Assembly: GCF_001194135.2 (NCBI RefSeq)
Contig: NC_069005.1
Coordinates: 33,008,946 to 33,072,945 of the forward strand
Origin: Octopus bimaculoides
Lineage: Eukaryota
Direction of reading: 5' to 3'
DNA: 64,000 nt
Part shown: piece after piece, positions 52,946 to 64,000 of the stretch
How positions within the stretch are numbered: position 1 is the first letter of the stretch
How the letters are laid out: every line of letters begins with the position of its first letter
The notes under the pieces: generated by a model
The model's database searches: none
The model's input: the letters and a program-made list of their open reading frames with translations, nothing else
Told to the model about the DNA's origin: nothing
Program-made: the position numbers and the translations under genes

Positions 52946-54399
52946 CACCATTTTTCATCATCGTCATCACCGTTTAACATCCAGTTTCCATGCTAACAAA
53001 ACTTGGATGATTCAACAAGAGCCAATGAGCCAGAAGACTGTGCAAAGCTCCAAGGTCTGCTTTGGCACAGTTTCTACAGTTGGATGCCCTTCCTAATGCT
53101 AACCACTTTACACTGTATACTGTGTGCTTTTCACATGGCTTCAGCACTAGTGAGGTCACCAAGTAACTTGCAAGATAACACATTAATAATTGTCCCCAGC
53201 TATTTGAACTGCTGCACTGTCATTACTTCCTGTCACTGAACAATATCTGATGAGATGACCCCATTGGTATCTGACTAGAGTTCTTTTTTTTTTTTTGTCA
53301 GCACTGATTTCCATTCCATAATTGGTGGAAACCCTATGTTGATGATGATCACACACACACACACACACGCACATGAATGTAAGATCCAGGGATCGAGTTG
53401 TAGGAAGAAAGTTAGCTTCAAGCAATCCGTAGTAAACATAAAATAAAACAACTTTCAGAAACAATAATGGTTTATTGAGAAGAAAGGCTGTGGAGATTTT
53501 CATATTGAAGTATGAGAAACTGAAAAAAGATATATATATTTATGTACCTAGAGAGAGAGAGAGAGAGAGAGAGATTCATTAAATCCACATAACAGTTCCA
53601 CGGTACAATGTCCATGATCAAGTTAGTTTACTTTCACATGGCTCTAGGGAGAAGTGTTCCTTGAGTTGAGACCAATTGTATTTTTAGCTATATTTTGGAA
53701 GAAGACGAGATGGTGGTGGTGGTGGTGGTGGTTAAAAAAACCCATTTCAAGTAGCCATGTACAGCTCAAACGTTTAGTGTGACGTCATCCTGCCTCGACT
53801 TTCAACTGAGGATGTTTTGCTACAGCTGGATTTCTCCGAGTATAAACGACACATATGTATATTGTGTATGGTGTCTGCATAGAGGAGTGTTCTGTTCTTG
53901 GTGAACTTACATCCTTTTTAACACAACATGAATTTCCTGTATTGCAGTCAAGACTGCTTGATGGACAAAATGTATCCGGTTAGTTGCTGCTATTTTTAAT
54001 ACTGATATGGTAAGGGTCTGACACATGTAATAATTATTAGCTCCATCAATTAGAATTATCTAAACAAATATTTGACAAAAACTCCAACCACGACTGTTTA
54101 AAACAACAACCAAGGGAGATAACTATAATGAAAGCAGGTGATTGAAATTCTTTTAGAAATATAGAAATACAAACTGGAGTGGGTCTTGTCTTTAAAGTCA
54201 ACTGGTAAATGTAATGATTTTGGCTTATTCTATTCAACTGGCATGCCGGCATGGAAAGCGGACGTTAAACGACAATGTTTATGATGATGATTATTAAAAA
54301 ATTTTTCATCTTTTCTCTTTCACTTGTTTCAGTCATTAGACTGTGGCCATGCTGGTGCACTGCTTTGAATTTTTAGTCAAATGAATTGACCCCAGCTCT

Positions 54400-54527
54400 T
54401 ATTTTTGTACAAATAAAATTCTTAGAATATTTTGTGCATTGTAGAAGTATAAGCATTTATTGCACATAAATTTTGACAAAATCTTATATGGACCAAGGGT
54501 CACATGGGCCCCGGTTGAGAATCACTG
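54400..54527. mobile_element. Right half of a hAT-type MITE
   Basis: Ends in GGTTGAGAATCACTG (54513-54527), the reverse complement of a CAGTGATTCTCAACC TIR. Left TIR not seen; a SINE tail abuts at about 54320-54400. Confidence 0.5.
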
Positions 54528-55227
54528 ATTTAAACTATTCATTTATGTAGAAGGAAGACTATGATCTTATCATTCCAATTTCAGTCCTGTCACGGTCATT
54601 GGGAACAAGTGGATAGAGATTCTACAACCATTCCAAAAAATTGCTGTTGGTTTTAATAACTCATTCCTTTGGAATTCCTCATCACTATAGCCAATAATTT
54701 GTGTGAATAGAAATTTCAGGAAAGAATCATTAGTTCTTTTCAGCAATTTATTCAGTGAATAAATAAATATATAAACAAACAAACAAACAAATTATCAGTG
54801 CTATCAAATAATTAATTTAAAATGGCTTCCTTGAAACACCATGTCAATTACTCTAATGAAGTATTGTCCTAACATCCTTTGGAATAACCTTGATCAACCG
54901 ACATTAGCTAAAATCTTTCTGTCATTAGTTGCTTGTTTGGGGAAGGAAGAACTATGGTCACAATTTCTAGGACATAACTATTATTTGCTAATGTTTAAGT
55001 TGAAAGAGAATCTGATAAGCAGTTGAAGAATTGGTCGTTTGTGTCTGGCATTGCTGCTGCTGCTCTTTGGTCATAATTAAGCCACTTAGTCTCTCAACAG
55101 TCCAATCCAGAAGAATGTGATCAATTCATTTTGTTGCAATGTGGAATTCAACTCAAATAGCTTTGAATGTAGGAGTATCTTTGTCAGGAGGAAATAAGTT
55201 TCAATTCCTTTTACCATTTTATGCACA

Positions 55228-55380
55228 AGTGTCGCTGAGTGGTTAAGAAGTTGGCTTTCCAATCATGTGATCTCAGGTTCAGTTGCATTGCATAGCAGTG
55301 GGACAACACCTTGGGCAAGTGTCTTCTACTATAGCTCCAGGCCAACCAAAGCCAAGCCTTTTGAGTGTATTTGGTAGATG
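55228..55380 (+). mobile_element. SINE family B head
   Basis: gctgagtggttaagaagttggctttccaatcatgtgatctcaggttcagtt...ccttgggcaagtgtcttctactatagctccaggccaacc. Confidence 0.75.
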
Positions 55381-57759
55381 TGTGTGTGTGTTTATGTGTA
55401 CCCTTGTGAAAAAACAATCTGTTATTGTGGAAATATTATCTTTCTTGGAAACAGATGACTGTTGTCAACAGGGAGGGCATACAGTTATCTACCCCAACAA
55501 ATTTCGTCTGACCCATGTAAACATGGGAAAGTGGACATTAAATGATGATTACTGAATTCAATATAGTACGCAATCTCCCAAGATATATTCTGACTCACGG
55601 ATCATTCTGGTTTGAAAAGGGCGCGATGACATGCACGGGTGCCGAGAATAGATTGATCTGATTACCTAAAATTACAAGAACCCCCCCCCCCTTCAATTTG
55701 TAAAGGTTCCAAACATTTTATTATTTAATTTTCAGAAAAGTACTTGTAATTTTTGCAGAAGGCGTTAAAATCTACATCTGTGTAGAAAATGTAAATGAAA
55801 TCGGAAGAGATAGTTCAAACCGGAAAATTTACGATTCATTGAGAAGATACAATCTTGTTTGGGTCGATTGTACATAAAAGCTTCTTCAAGTAGTATTTCT
55901 CTGAAATAATATTGAAAACGTCACCATGTATTTGATTCAGTACATATAATTCGCTGGTGCAATGGACATGTATCTTTGAATGGGTTTAAAATGTAAGAGC
56001 CACATACTGGAGATTTGACGAAAACCATCTCAACCACTGTCAATTTCAAGCGAGTTTTTTAACCTTTTTCTCTGCTGTGGAGAGCTACACAACGGGGCAA
56101 CTAACACTGGAGTTGTCTCCCCTGATTCCATGTTCTTGTCGGCGCAATTGGTTAGAAATATTGTATCATGGAAACTGGTTTCTTTAGGTTGCAAGTATAA
56201 CTTTCAAATCCTTCCTTGCCCTTGAGAAAGCAATGAGGAATCTATTCCGTGTTATTTCCTCGTGAAACTCGCAATTCTACGCCCACATCTAGGACAGTGC
56301 TATTACTATACATACAAATATCTTCGACCTCCTAAAAATTTCGAACTTTGTACATCTAATATAGCAAAGAAAAAGCAAACTGCATCGAGAGAAAGTGAAA
56401 AGGCACCAATTGTCATCGTATGCGTACATACTTATGTGCAGTATGTATAACTACATATGTGTGTTGTGTAGGAAAGTTGATTTCGTATTTTTCCCCTTTT
56501 AAAATACAAAATTTTAAAAGTAAAATAAAATCAGCTGCATTTTTATGGTCACTACCTTTAATATCGATTGTTGATGATTAACGGCAGTAATTGAACTGCT
56601 TGATTTCATTCTGCGTCCACCATATTATACGTACAAAATTCGAAAGATCGCCAAAATTTCAGTTCACTGATTTTGATGAACCTCTTGCCCACAAACGTGC
56701 TGTTTCACCACTCAAACTAAGATGGTTGATCTAGTTTCTACGTTCATTTCGACTCTTCTGACTTGCCTCTTCTCATCAACTACATTGTGTCCACTCTTCC
56801 AGGCCTTGCACTAATCACTTCATCCAGTCCTTCACTTCCCTCGAGAATTCTCTTTCTGTCTGTGTCTCTTGATAGCCGTCAACTTGCAGTCGTTCAAGAA
56901 GTTCAGCCACATCTATTTCACCGGTGTGGAAATTAAGCGAGGAACAGGGAAAGCAATAAATAAATAAATATGAATTTTTCAGCAGTAATTTTGTCCTCTT
57001 TGTATATGTATCAATTCCATCTGTGTAACAATAGGGTCAACGGTGTGTATAAACTCCTTTTCAGAAAGTTGTTAGGATTCCGATATTTTGAAAAATTGAT
57101 CTTGATTGTTTCTGAGAAAGCAAACCATGAGTAATTGCTCCAATAGTTTTATTCTATCATTTGTATAGCCACTGAATTAAACACCTTAAGTATTTAATTT
57201 TGTCTCATTTCAAGTTCGAATTCTGCTGGAGTCAGCTCTATCTTTCATTCGTCTAGGGACCTCATAATTTCCAAGAATATCAATCTGTCGGAAACGGTAG
57301 AGCGCCGTGATAAAGCTTACCTGTTATCTTCCTGGTTTGAGGAGTTACCCGTAAATGTAGTGAAAGCGATCCTATACTCTTACCTTCATGCATAACAGAA
57401 ATCATTTTTATTAAAAAATAAAATCGCCGTAGTAATCTCTGTAAAAGGGAAATGTTCTCAAAGACCTAAGTTTGCGAACCTAGTTTCGATTCTTCCTTAA
57501 CACCACACTACTTTCTAGTCTGGAAAGTGACAACTGTCCAGAATTTTAAATTCTCCTCTCTGAAACCCATCAGCCTGCCTGCCTGTTTATTGAACAAAAA
57601 TATTATGCATAATTCTGACAGTTGGCACGATCAGATTTATATGATACTGTGCACAGAACAACGTGGAAGCGACTTCAACACACAAAAATACCGAGAGTAC
57701 ATTGATCTTAGTGTAGAAAAGAACAAACAAAAGAAAAACAAACAAATTTATTTCTTTGA

Positions 57760-58075
57760 TGTTACATGCAGCCACGTAACAACTTGCTGGGGCAGCCTGC
57801 TGGAGCCTAGCAGCAGGTATAAAAAGGGGAATTTGACATGACAATCAGTCGGACGCTGACTCGGTGATGCTGCATCGAAGAGGCCAGGGAATAGAAGAAA
57901 GAAGACATGCACCCAACACCAGAGCTGGGAGACACCTCCGAAAAGGGGGGGGGGCGCTACGTCAAAACGGTAGAGGAGTAGGGGCCGAAACCGGACATGG
58001 TTCCTCCTGATGATGTCTTGAGCTAACTGGATCCTATAAAGGAGCTGTTGTGGTAGCAGACCACGAAACATGGTT
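57760..58075 (+). mobile_element. LTR-like or core-promoter-like segment (TG start, TATA box, Inr, PBS-like 10-mer)
   Basis: TGTTACA at 57760, TATAAAAAGGGG at 57818, TCAGT Inr with A at 57847, and TGGTAGCAGA at 58051-58060. No partner LTR and no clear CA end or TSD. Confidence 0.35.
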
Positions 58076-61000
58076 GAAATTCCCCAATAGTTATATTGAA
58101 GGAAGTAATGTTGTGTGTATCTCCTGAGAATTACTTTAAAAAATGTTAGGAATTCTTATTACTGCTTAATATTTCTTTTTATAAATAAACTAGAATCTGA
58201 AGAAACTAGGACGAAAATTAGAAAGTAGAACTATAAATTTCAGTCCTATCAAATATTTAATGTAAATCGTTATTATGAATTATACAATTTTCAAATTTGA
58301 ATTATTTTGTATGCATCAGTTCCAGTGTTTCGGATAGGATTCTTAGTAGCGGGGGATGAACCAAATAAAATAAATAAATAAACAACAGCTAGGGATCCCC
58401 TGTATTTCCTCTCCTAAGAAGGTCCACGTTCGAAGCGCAAGGTTATGACTCCCCCCTCACCACTACATAACTTACACAGATCTGCGAACTTTACTATTTG
58501 TATTAATGTTTAACAGTAAATTTTGATAATACTTATATCTGTTTCCATTGAAAATAGATACCAAAACTAAAAGTCTATCATAAAATATTTATATCAAAAT
58601 GATAAACTTCATTATGTCTAATTATTTGTTGGCGAGTCTCGCTCTATCGAATGGCAGACGACAGGAAGAGGAGAGACAATTACAAACGACAAGTGCGTAA
58701 ATGTCGATAAATTCCAACAACTTTGCTAGAAAGTATTATACATTTATCTAGTGTATCTATTTATGTTGTTAATTATATTTCTTCTTATTCTTTCTTCCGT
58801 AAGTTTAAAAGCTTCGTCTTCCATAATAAGCCCGTTACAGCTGTTCAGGCAGACGACACAAGTAGCAGAAAGCAGTTTAACTGGTGATGTCGTAACTGTT
58901 AGTGTTCACACTTCAGCTTCAAACAGTCGTTTAAAGCAAGAAATAATAAAAAAGCGAAGTACCACACGAACCTTTAAAACCGAGCAGTCACTTATATACG
59001 TAGATTTTTGTTATTTAATTCTGTACAACGAATTTTTGGAAGAAATGAAGGCTAAAAAAAATTTATCATCTGACTTTATAACGACATTGAATGAACTCAT
59101 TGACGGCAGTTGAACCTTAGCCGTAAAGGCGAAGTTATCGTGAAGCGGCTGAGACTGAACAAAACAAGCTGGATGCTTTGAAAAAGTGGGCAACATGCCG
59201 GTATTTCTATGGATGTCCGGTATTGTTATCGTCCTCCTCACCCTCTGGATACTCACCAGGTCAGTTCTTCTCACTCAACCCTTCTTTATTCGTTTGTTAT
59301 TTGTTGTTGATAGGATTTATTATTTATTATTCTACACCCAACAACACCACAGCTTTTCTGTTTATTGCAAATGGATGTTAGGTAATGCGATGTTTCTGCT
59401 GGTGTTTTTAAAATAAAATTCATAAAATATCAAGATTTAAAGTGGATGTGTCGTGGAGGAGGGGCGAGTTTTGCTGTTTGGAGCGGTGAGGGCTTCCTCC
59501 TTTCTTCGGAAAACATCTGGAGGAATGTGAAGTTTCCAAGTAGGGCCTCTGCTCAAAACCTCAAAACCCGCCTCTATAAACTCAACCCATTTTACAAATT
59601 CTTTCAATTAATTTTCAGCCGAAGCCTATAATTCCTAGTTTCTTTCGGACTTTAGTCTTTTATTTTAACCAATTCCAAACAAACCTACCTGCTAACCTCT
59701 CAGAAGAACTGTGTCCCAAACATGAAACCCATCTCCACAAACCCATCTTATTATTTTAATAATTTCATTAATTGCTTTTTATTTCTTTTCGAGACAGGCT
59801 ATAACTAATTTCCTCACAGTCTAATATATTTTTCCTTAACTTTTGACAAACCTGAAATTTATTTAATTAGATAAGGGATAGGGGCCCTGTCTCGGAACTT
59901 CACAAACGCACCTCGCCTCATCAGACTATGAGGTTAGCTAACCAGGGAGGCTTCTTCGTGGTTCATTCAAAATGCTGGAGATAACAGTCAAAATATCTTA
60001 CTGTCATAAATAAAGAATGCATTAGGCAACCTAATGCTCGATATACTAGAAGACGGGATGGTCACATCTAGTACACCTTTAGTCATGTTTGTTTGTCCAG
60101 GGCTGACTCGAAGCTAAACAATAAACAACATAGAAACTCATCTTATTTTACTATTTTTTGTTGTTGTTGTTATTTAAGACGATATAAAGCATCATTAGTT
60201 TCCTCAAATATGTCCTTTTCCTTAACCAATTACCTACCTATCAAACTAATTAAACTCATTAACAACGAAGGGCCATGTAAACGAAACGTCATCACCCATC
60301 GTTTCTTATCTTATTCAATTTCAAGTGTTTTCTCCTGACACAACATATCACTGTTTTTTTTCTTCATGTTATTATTTATTAATAGGAGTTCCAATTACAA
60401 AGAAATAGCTTTATTTACAAATCCTCATTTTTAATTGATGTTCACATTCTAGAAATTACTACAATTCTTTCTCTCCAAGTGATTCTATTACCAACCCATC
60501 CGAGACAGCCCCTATTCCCAGAGACACAAAACTGGGTCCATTTTTTTTTTTCGAAAGTGTTCATAATTTAAATTAAAAACTCTCCGACATAAATATTTAC
60601 GTAAAGAGGCTCTTTGTTAATTTATAACGAAAAGTAATTTTTATTAAATTCCTGAAAATTGTTAATTATTTTCGAAACTGAAACCTAGACCGGTGTCTTT
60701 CTTTTGAAATAGAGTCACGAAAGGTGAACCAACAAAAGTAGTCTGTGCACCGTTGCTCGACTTCCTAGAAACAATAGCTAAATTTCACTTAGATCACACC
60801 CTGTCGTCTTAAAAAGAATGGGACACAAATTTAAGTATGTTATGGCTGAAAAAACTATGGGATGGTCATAATAGGAATGTTTTGGGTCGTAGGTATGTTT
60901 GCTCAACCAAAGATAATGAAAACTACCAACGAAATATCTTAACTTATTCTTTTTTTTTCTCCTAAGTTCCCTTGTTGGCAACTCTCTTCAAATATTTGTT

Positions 61001-61129
61001 ATTATTAAGAAATAATAATGATAATAATAATAATTGATTTGTGGAGTTTTGCCGAACAGCTGTTGTTGCATATATCATGGATCCGGCTATTAACCAAGTC
61101 CGTCATGATGATACCCCTACCACCTTCAT

Positions 61130-61520
61130 TTGGTTAGGAAGGGTAGGCAGTTTTCCCCCTGCCTGGTTACTTTGGTAAGAAGTTGTGTAGTGTGCACAAT
61201 GAAAGGACTGGAGACACAGTTTCTTCGTGGATTAAACACTTATCGACTTCTTAAAGTTGCACCTGTAGAGGTGAAAAGTGAGTGTCAAGATGCAGGTGGG
61301 TACCCTTCAGTAAATCTGTTGAAAAGTGAGTAAAGAAGGCCTAAATGAATGAGCCTACTCTCAGCATGTGTCTCCTGGACCAAGGTATGACAGCTAGGGG
61401 TATAGGACTTGCCCTTGGTAGTCAGGGTAATTGTGAGGCTGCAGGGTTTTTCGATTGGCCCCGCCCCCAAGTAGTTTGTTCTGCTTTTAGGACTCTAGCA
61501 CATATATTTGCATATTGTAT
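61130..61520 (-). mobile_element. Possible highly decayed LINE (CR1/L2/Jockey group) C-terminal remnant
   Basis: Frameshifted pieces GGGANRKTLQP, LYSLFNRF.EG and RRNCVSSPFIVHTTQL weakly resemble WGGA..TL..LD / SLFYRY..G / RT..Y...FF.RT..LWN. Confidence 0.3.
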
Positions 61521-61624
61521 ATATCATATTTTCTCTTCATTCTGCCAATATATATGGGCTCCCCTTTTTGTAACTAGCTCTTGTAATGTTCCTCCTCATC
61601 TATCATCCTTGTGGCAACAATAAA

Positions 61625-61850
61625 GGAAATATTAACAGGGTGGTGGACTGTCAGAATTGGCAGAGCAGCTGTGGAAACGCCTTGTGGTATTCAGTCATGT
61701 TTCTTTACATTCTAAGTTCAAATCCCATCATAGTTAACTTTTCTTCCCTGTTAGGGCCTGATAAAATAAGTACCAGTCATGTATTAAGAATGGGTATACG
61801 CGTCTGTAACTGCTCCCTTAAATGTGAGGCCTTGGGCCTGTGTTAGATAC
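61625..61850 (+). mobile_element. SINE family A, diverged copy
   Basis: ttacattctaagttcaaatccc...gataaaataagtaccagtc...gaggccttgggcctg. Confidence 0.6.
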
Positions 61851-62258
61851 ACTTATTTTTGACTTCTATCACTGGTACAGATTTTAAGGACTTTCTAAAA
61901 TGAAACAAAAGTGATCCCTGTGTGAACATGGTGGCCCAAAACTATATGCAATAAGGTGTAAGGTATTTTAAACATGTTAACCCCCTTTTTTATTTATATA
62001 ATGGACCCTGACTTTGAAGGGTGTCTTTTAACTCTGCCTAGAAAGGACCAGCTTCATATTACCAGCTGTTTTATATGCTTATGCACAGACACACATGTAT
62101 GGTATACACATAAGACATTATATGCTTAAGGGGTGGATATTGTATATTAGTTTTTATGGCATCACCACCTCATTATGCTTCCCTCTATGGCCTGGTTTGG
62201 GTCTATAACTGCCCTTCCTACTCTGTGGATTTTTAAAATGATCTGTTATTCATTAATT

Positions 62259-62450
62259 CTTTTACTTGTTTCAGTCATTTGACCGTGACCATGCTGGAGC
62301 ATCACTTTGAAGGGTTTTAGTTGAACAAATCAACCCCAGGACTTATTCTTTGTAAACCTAGTACTCATTCTATCGGTCTCTTTTGTTGAACCGCTAAGTT
62401 ACAGGGATGTAAATACACTACCATCAATTGTCAAGCGACTAAACACACAA
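62259..62450 (-). mobile_element. SINE family B tail, reverse orientation
   Basis: cttttacttgtttcagtcatttgaccgtgaccatgctggagc...tagtactcattctatcggtctcttttgttgaaccgctaagttacaggg, the reverse complement of 48630-48847. Shorter copies at about 16858, 19870 and 54318. Confidence 0.8.
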
Positions 62451-62662
62451 TAGGCACTGCTCGTATTTTCATGCTAACATCTCGGTCTATGTTCATGTTT
62501 TTCCTATAGGTATCAGGGAACAAGTCGGCACCGATATTGTGTATGTATCAATCTAATAAGTAAAAGAGGATCTGCAAAAACCGTAGCTGCTGTCCCTTCT
62601 CTATTTGAATTGCGTATACTTATACATATCATCGTCATCGTTGTTTAATGTCCACCTTTCAA

Positions 62663-63464
62663 CGTGGGTCTTTTCTCTTGAATAGCCGTGTTGAGTCGTT
62701 CCATCTGCTGAACATAGAGTTCCCCATTGACCGTTTGTTTCACGCGCGGTGTCGCTTGTTTACCGGGGCTAAGCTATTCCTTACGCTGCTTCATATTGAT
62801 GTACAGGCACCATTTTTTGTTGCCAGTAACGATTCAGTAAAGAAATCATTGCTTGTGTCCATGAATTGAGCGGTGATGAGCAAGCAAACCAGCAGAGATT
62901 GTGGCTCATTGATTTTTGTTGTTGTCACTTAAAGCATGCGGAACCCATGCTCCATACTTCTGAACCTTTCCCATCAAGTGAAGATGCTCTCTATAGCAGT
63001 GTGGGAGCATTCCATTTTCTTTGCCAGTTCCCTTGTCGTTTGATGAGAATTTTCATGTAAAAGTTGATTTAATCGCTCTTCATCGAAGTCAACTAGATGG
63101 CCAGAACGAGGTGTGTCTTTGAGGTCAAAATTTCCATTTTTGAACTTGGCATATCAATCACGAGCGGTTCTTTCAACTATGGCACCCTCTCCATACACGG
63201 CACAAATGTCGTGAGCAGCTTTTGCGACCTGAGAACCTTGATTAAAAGCAAAAAGGAGGAGGTGTCGAAAATGCTCGTTTTCCTTAACTTGACATTCCAT
63301 TTTAATGATCTGAAAATAAACAAAAATTAACAAGCAAAAAAAAAAAAAGCAAAATAGATTCCAAAATGATTCAAAAATAGAATTCTGGAAAGATTCCAAA
63401 ATTTAAAAATGCAATAACTTCCAAAATTCTAAAAAATGGTGGGAATTTAGTTGCCAACCCAATA
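62663..63464 (-). mobile_element. Decayed mariner (Tc1/mariner) DNA transposon: left TIR plus N-terminal transposase pseudogene
   Basis: TA followed by TTGGGTTGGCAACTAA, a mariner-type TIR, from 63464 downward. ATG at 63300 gives MECQVKENEHFRHLLLFAF...KFKNGNFDLKDTPRSG...TTRELA (HTH). After a frameshift come WVPHAL (WVPHEL motif) and FLY*IVTGNKKW (TGDEKW). Multiple stops, an internal deletion and 3' truncation. Confidence 0.9.
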
Positions 63465-63619
63465 CATAGTTTAGGAAGAGTCAACTCCGAAAGGATTTGA
63501 ACTCAGAAAAGAATGAAACTACTTATTTTATTCAATTATCTGCTGTTTCTTCCATCTACTTCCATTCAAAAATCTGTTGAAAATGAATTATTTCACCATG
63601 GAAATTAGTTTTTGTCGCC

Positions 63620-64000
63620 ATGAGACAGTTGCAGTTGCAAGAGAAATACCTAGCTAGGGATAAACCTCTGTACCTGGCTTTCGTTGACATGGAGAAAGCC
63701 TTTGACAGGGTCCCCCGATCCCTTATCTGGTGGTCAATGAGGAAACTTGGGATAGAAGAATGGCTAGTGAGAGCTGTGCGAGCCATGTACAGAGATGCTG
63801 CCAGTAAGGTGAGGGTTGGAAATGAGTACAGCAATGAATTCCGGGTAGAGGTAGGGGTCCACCAAGGTTCCGTCCTCAGCCCCCTATTATTTACCATAGT
63901 CCTCCAGGCAATCACAGAGGAGTTCAAGACAGGTTGCCCCTGGGAGCTCCTCTATGCTGATGACCTTGCCCTAATTGCGGAGTCACTATCAGAACTAGAG
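63620..64000 (+). mobile_element. RTE-clade LINE reverse transcriptase, 5'-truncated, open to the window end
   Basis: 127 stop-free codons: ...LYLAFVDMEKAFDRVP...GVHQGSVLSPLLF...ELLYADDLALIAES. These are the RT motifs D.EKAFD, QGS.LSP.LF and YADD (63953-63964). Confidence 0.93.

Noticed and set aside
53780-53846. Perfect CRE TGACGTCA with a downstream TATAAA
   Set aside because: Isolated short motifs with no Inr or other support. Plausible by chance.
56800-56935. Protein-like minus-strand stretch DVAELLERLQVDGYQETQTEREFSREVKDWMK
   Set aside because: About 40 codons, weak splice sites and no recognisable homology. Within chance expectation.
57748-58071. 107-aa minus-strand ORF
   Set aside because: No recognisable family. 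It overlaps the LTR-like segment and is explained by local GC richness.
63556-63927. 123-aa minus-strand ORF
   Set aside because: Antisense shadow of the plus-strand RTE reverse transcriptase.
1-64000. Most short ORFs with YIYIYI, CVCVCV, THTHTH or LLLLL content
   Set aside because: These are translations of (TA)n, (TG)n, (CA)n and (TTA)n microsatellites.
1-64000. CRISPR array, rRNA, genuine tRNA genes or C/D snoRNAs
   Set aside because: No regularly spaced repeat-spacer array or rRNA similarity. tRNA-like A/B boxes belong to SINE heads. TGATGA hits come from (CAT)n repeats without properly spaced D boxes and stems.

Overview
AT-rich, microsatellite-dense animal genomic DNA with three N-gaps. 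The interspersed repeats resemble, from recall, the SINE/LINE families of Octopus, so a coleoid cephalopod source is likely but was not verified by search. One protein-coding gene is well supported: the 5' end of MED13 (Mediator kinase-module subunit 13, skuld) on the minus strand. Coding exon 1 is 33291-33359 (MSHPSPAGNGCSLEDCYTNLFAL) and exon 2 is 13153-13402 (TDLCGIKWRK...VWRR...KELWIFWYGD). They are joined in phase 0 across a 19.9-kb GT-AG intron; exon 3 was not found and probably lies left of the window. The rest is intronic or intergenic: tRNA-derived SINEs, RTE and CR1 LINE fragments (including an open RTE reverse transcriptase running off the right edge), a decayed mariner, and hAT-like, piggyBac-like and other MITEs. 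The best leads are regulatory: a strong-context Met-Glu-stop uORF 2 nt before the MED13 start, an ~11-kb SINE-free and CpG-retaining zone around the 5' end, a dense CCAAT/E-box/ETS/YY1-like motif cluster at 40.6 kb, a candidate poison exon, and inverted SINE pairs that could be ADAR substrates. No CRISPR array, rRNA or bona fide tRNA gene was seen, and nothing here establishes a wholly new biological system. Repeat boundaries are approximate and were read by eye.
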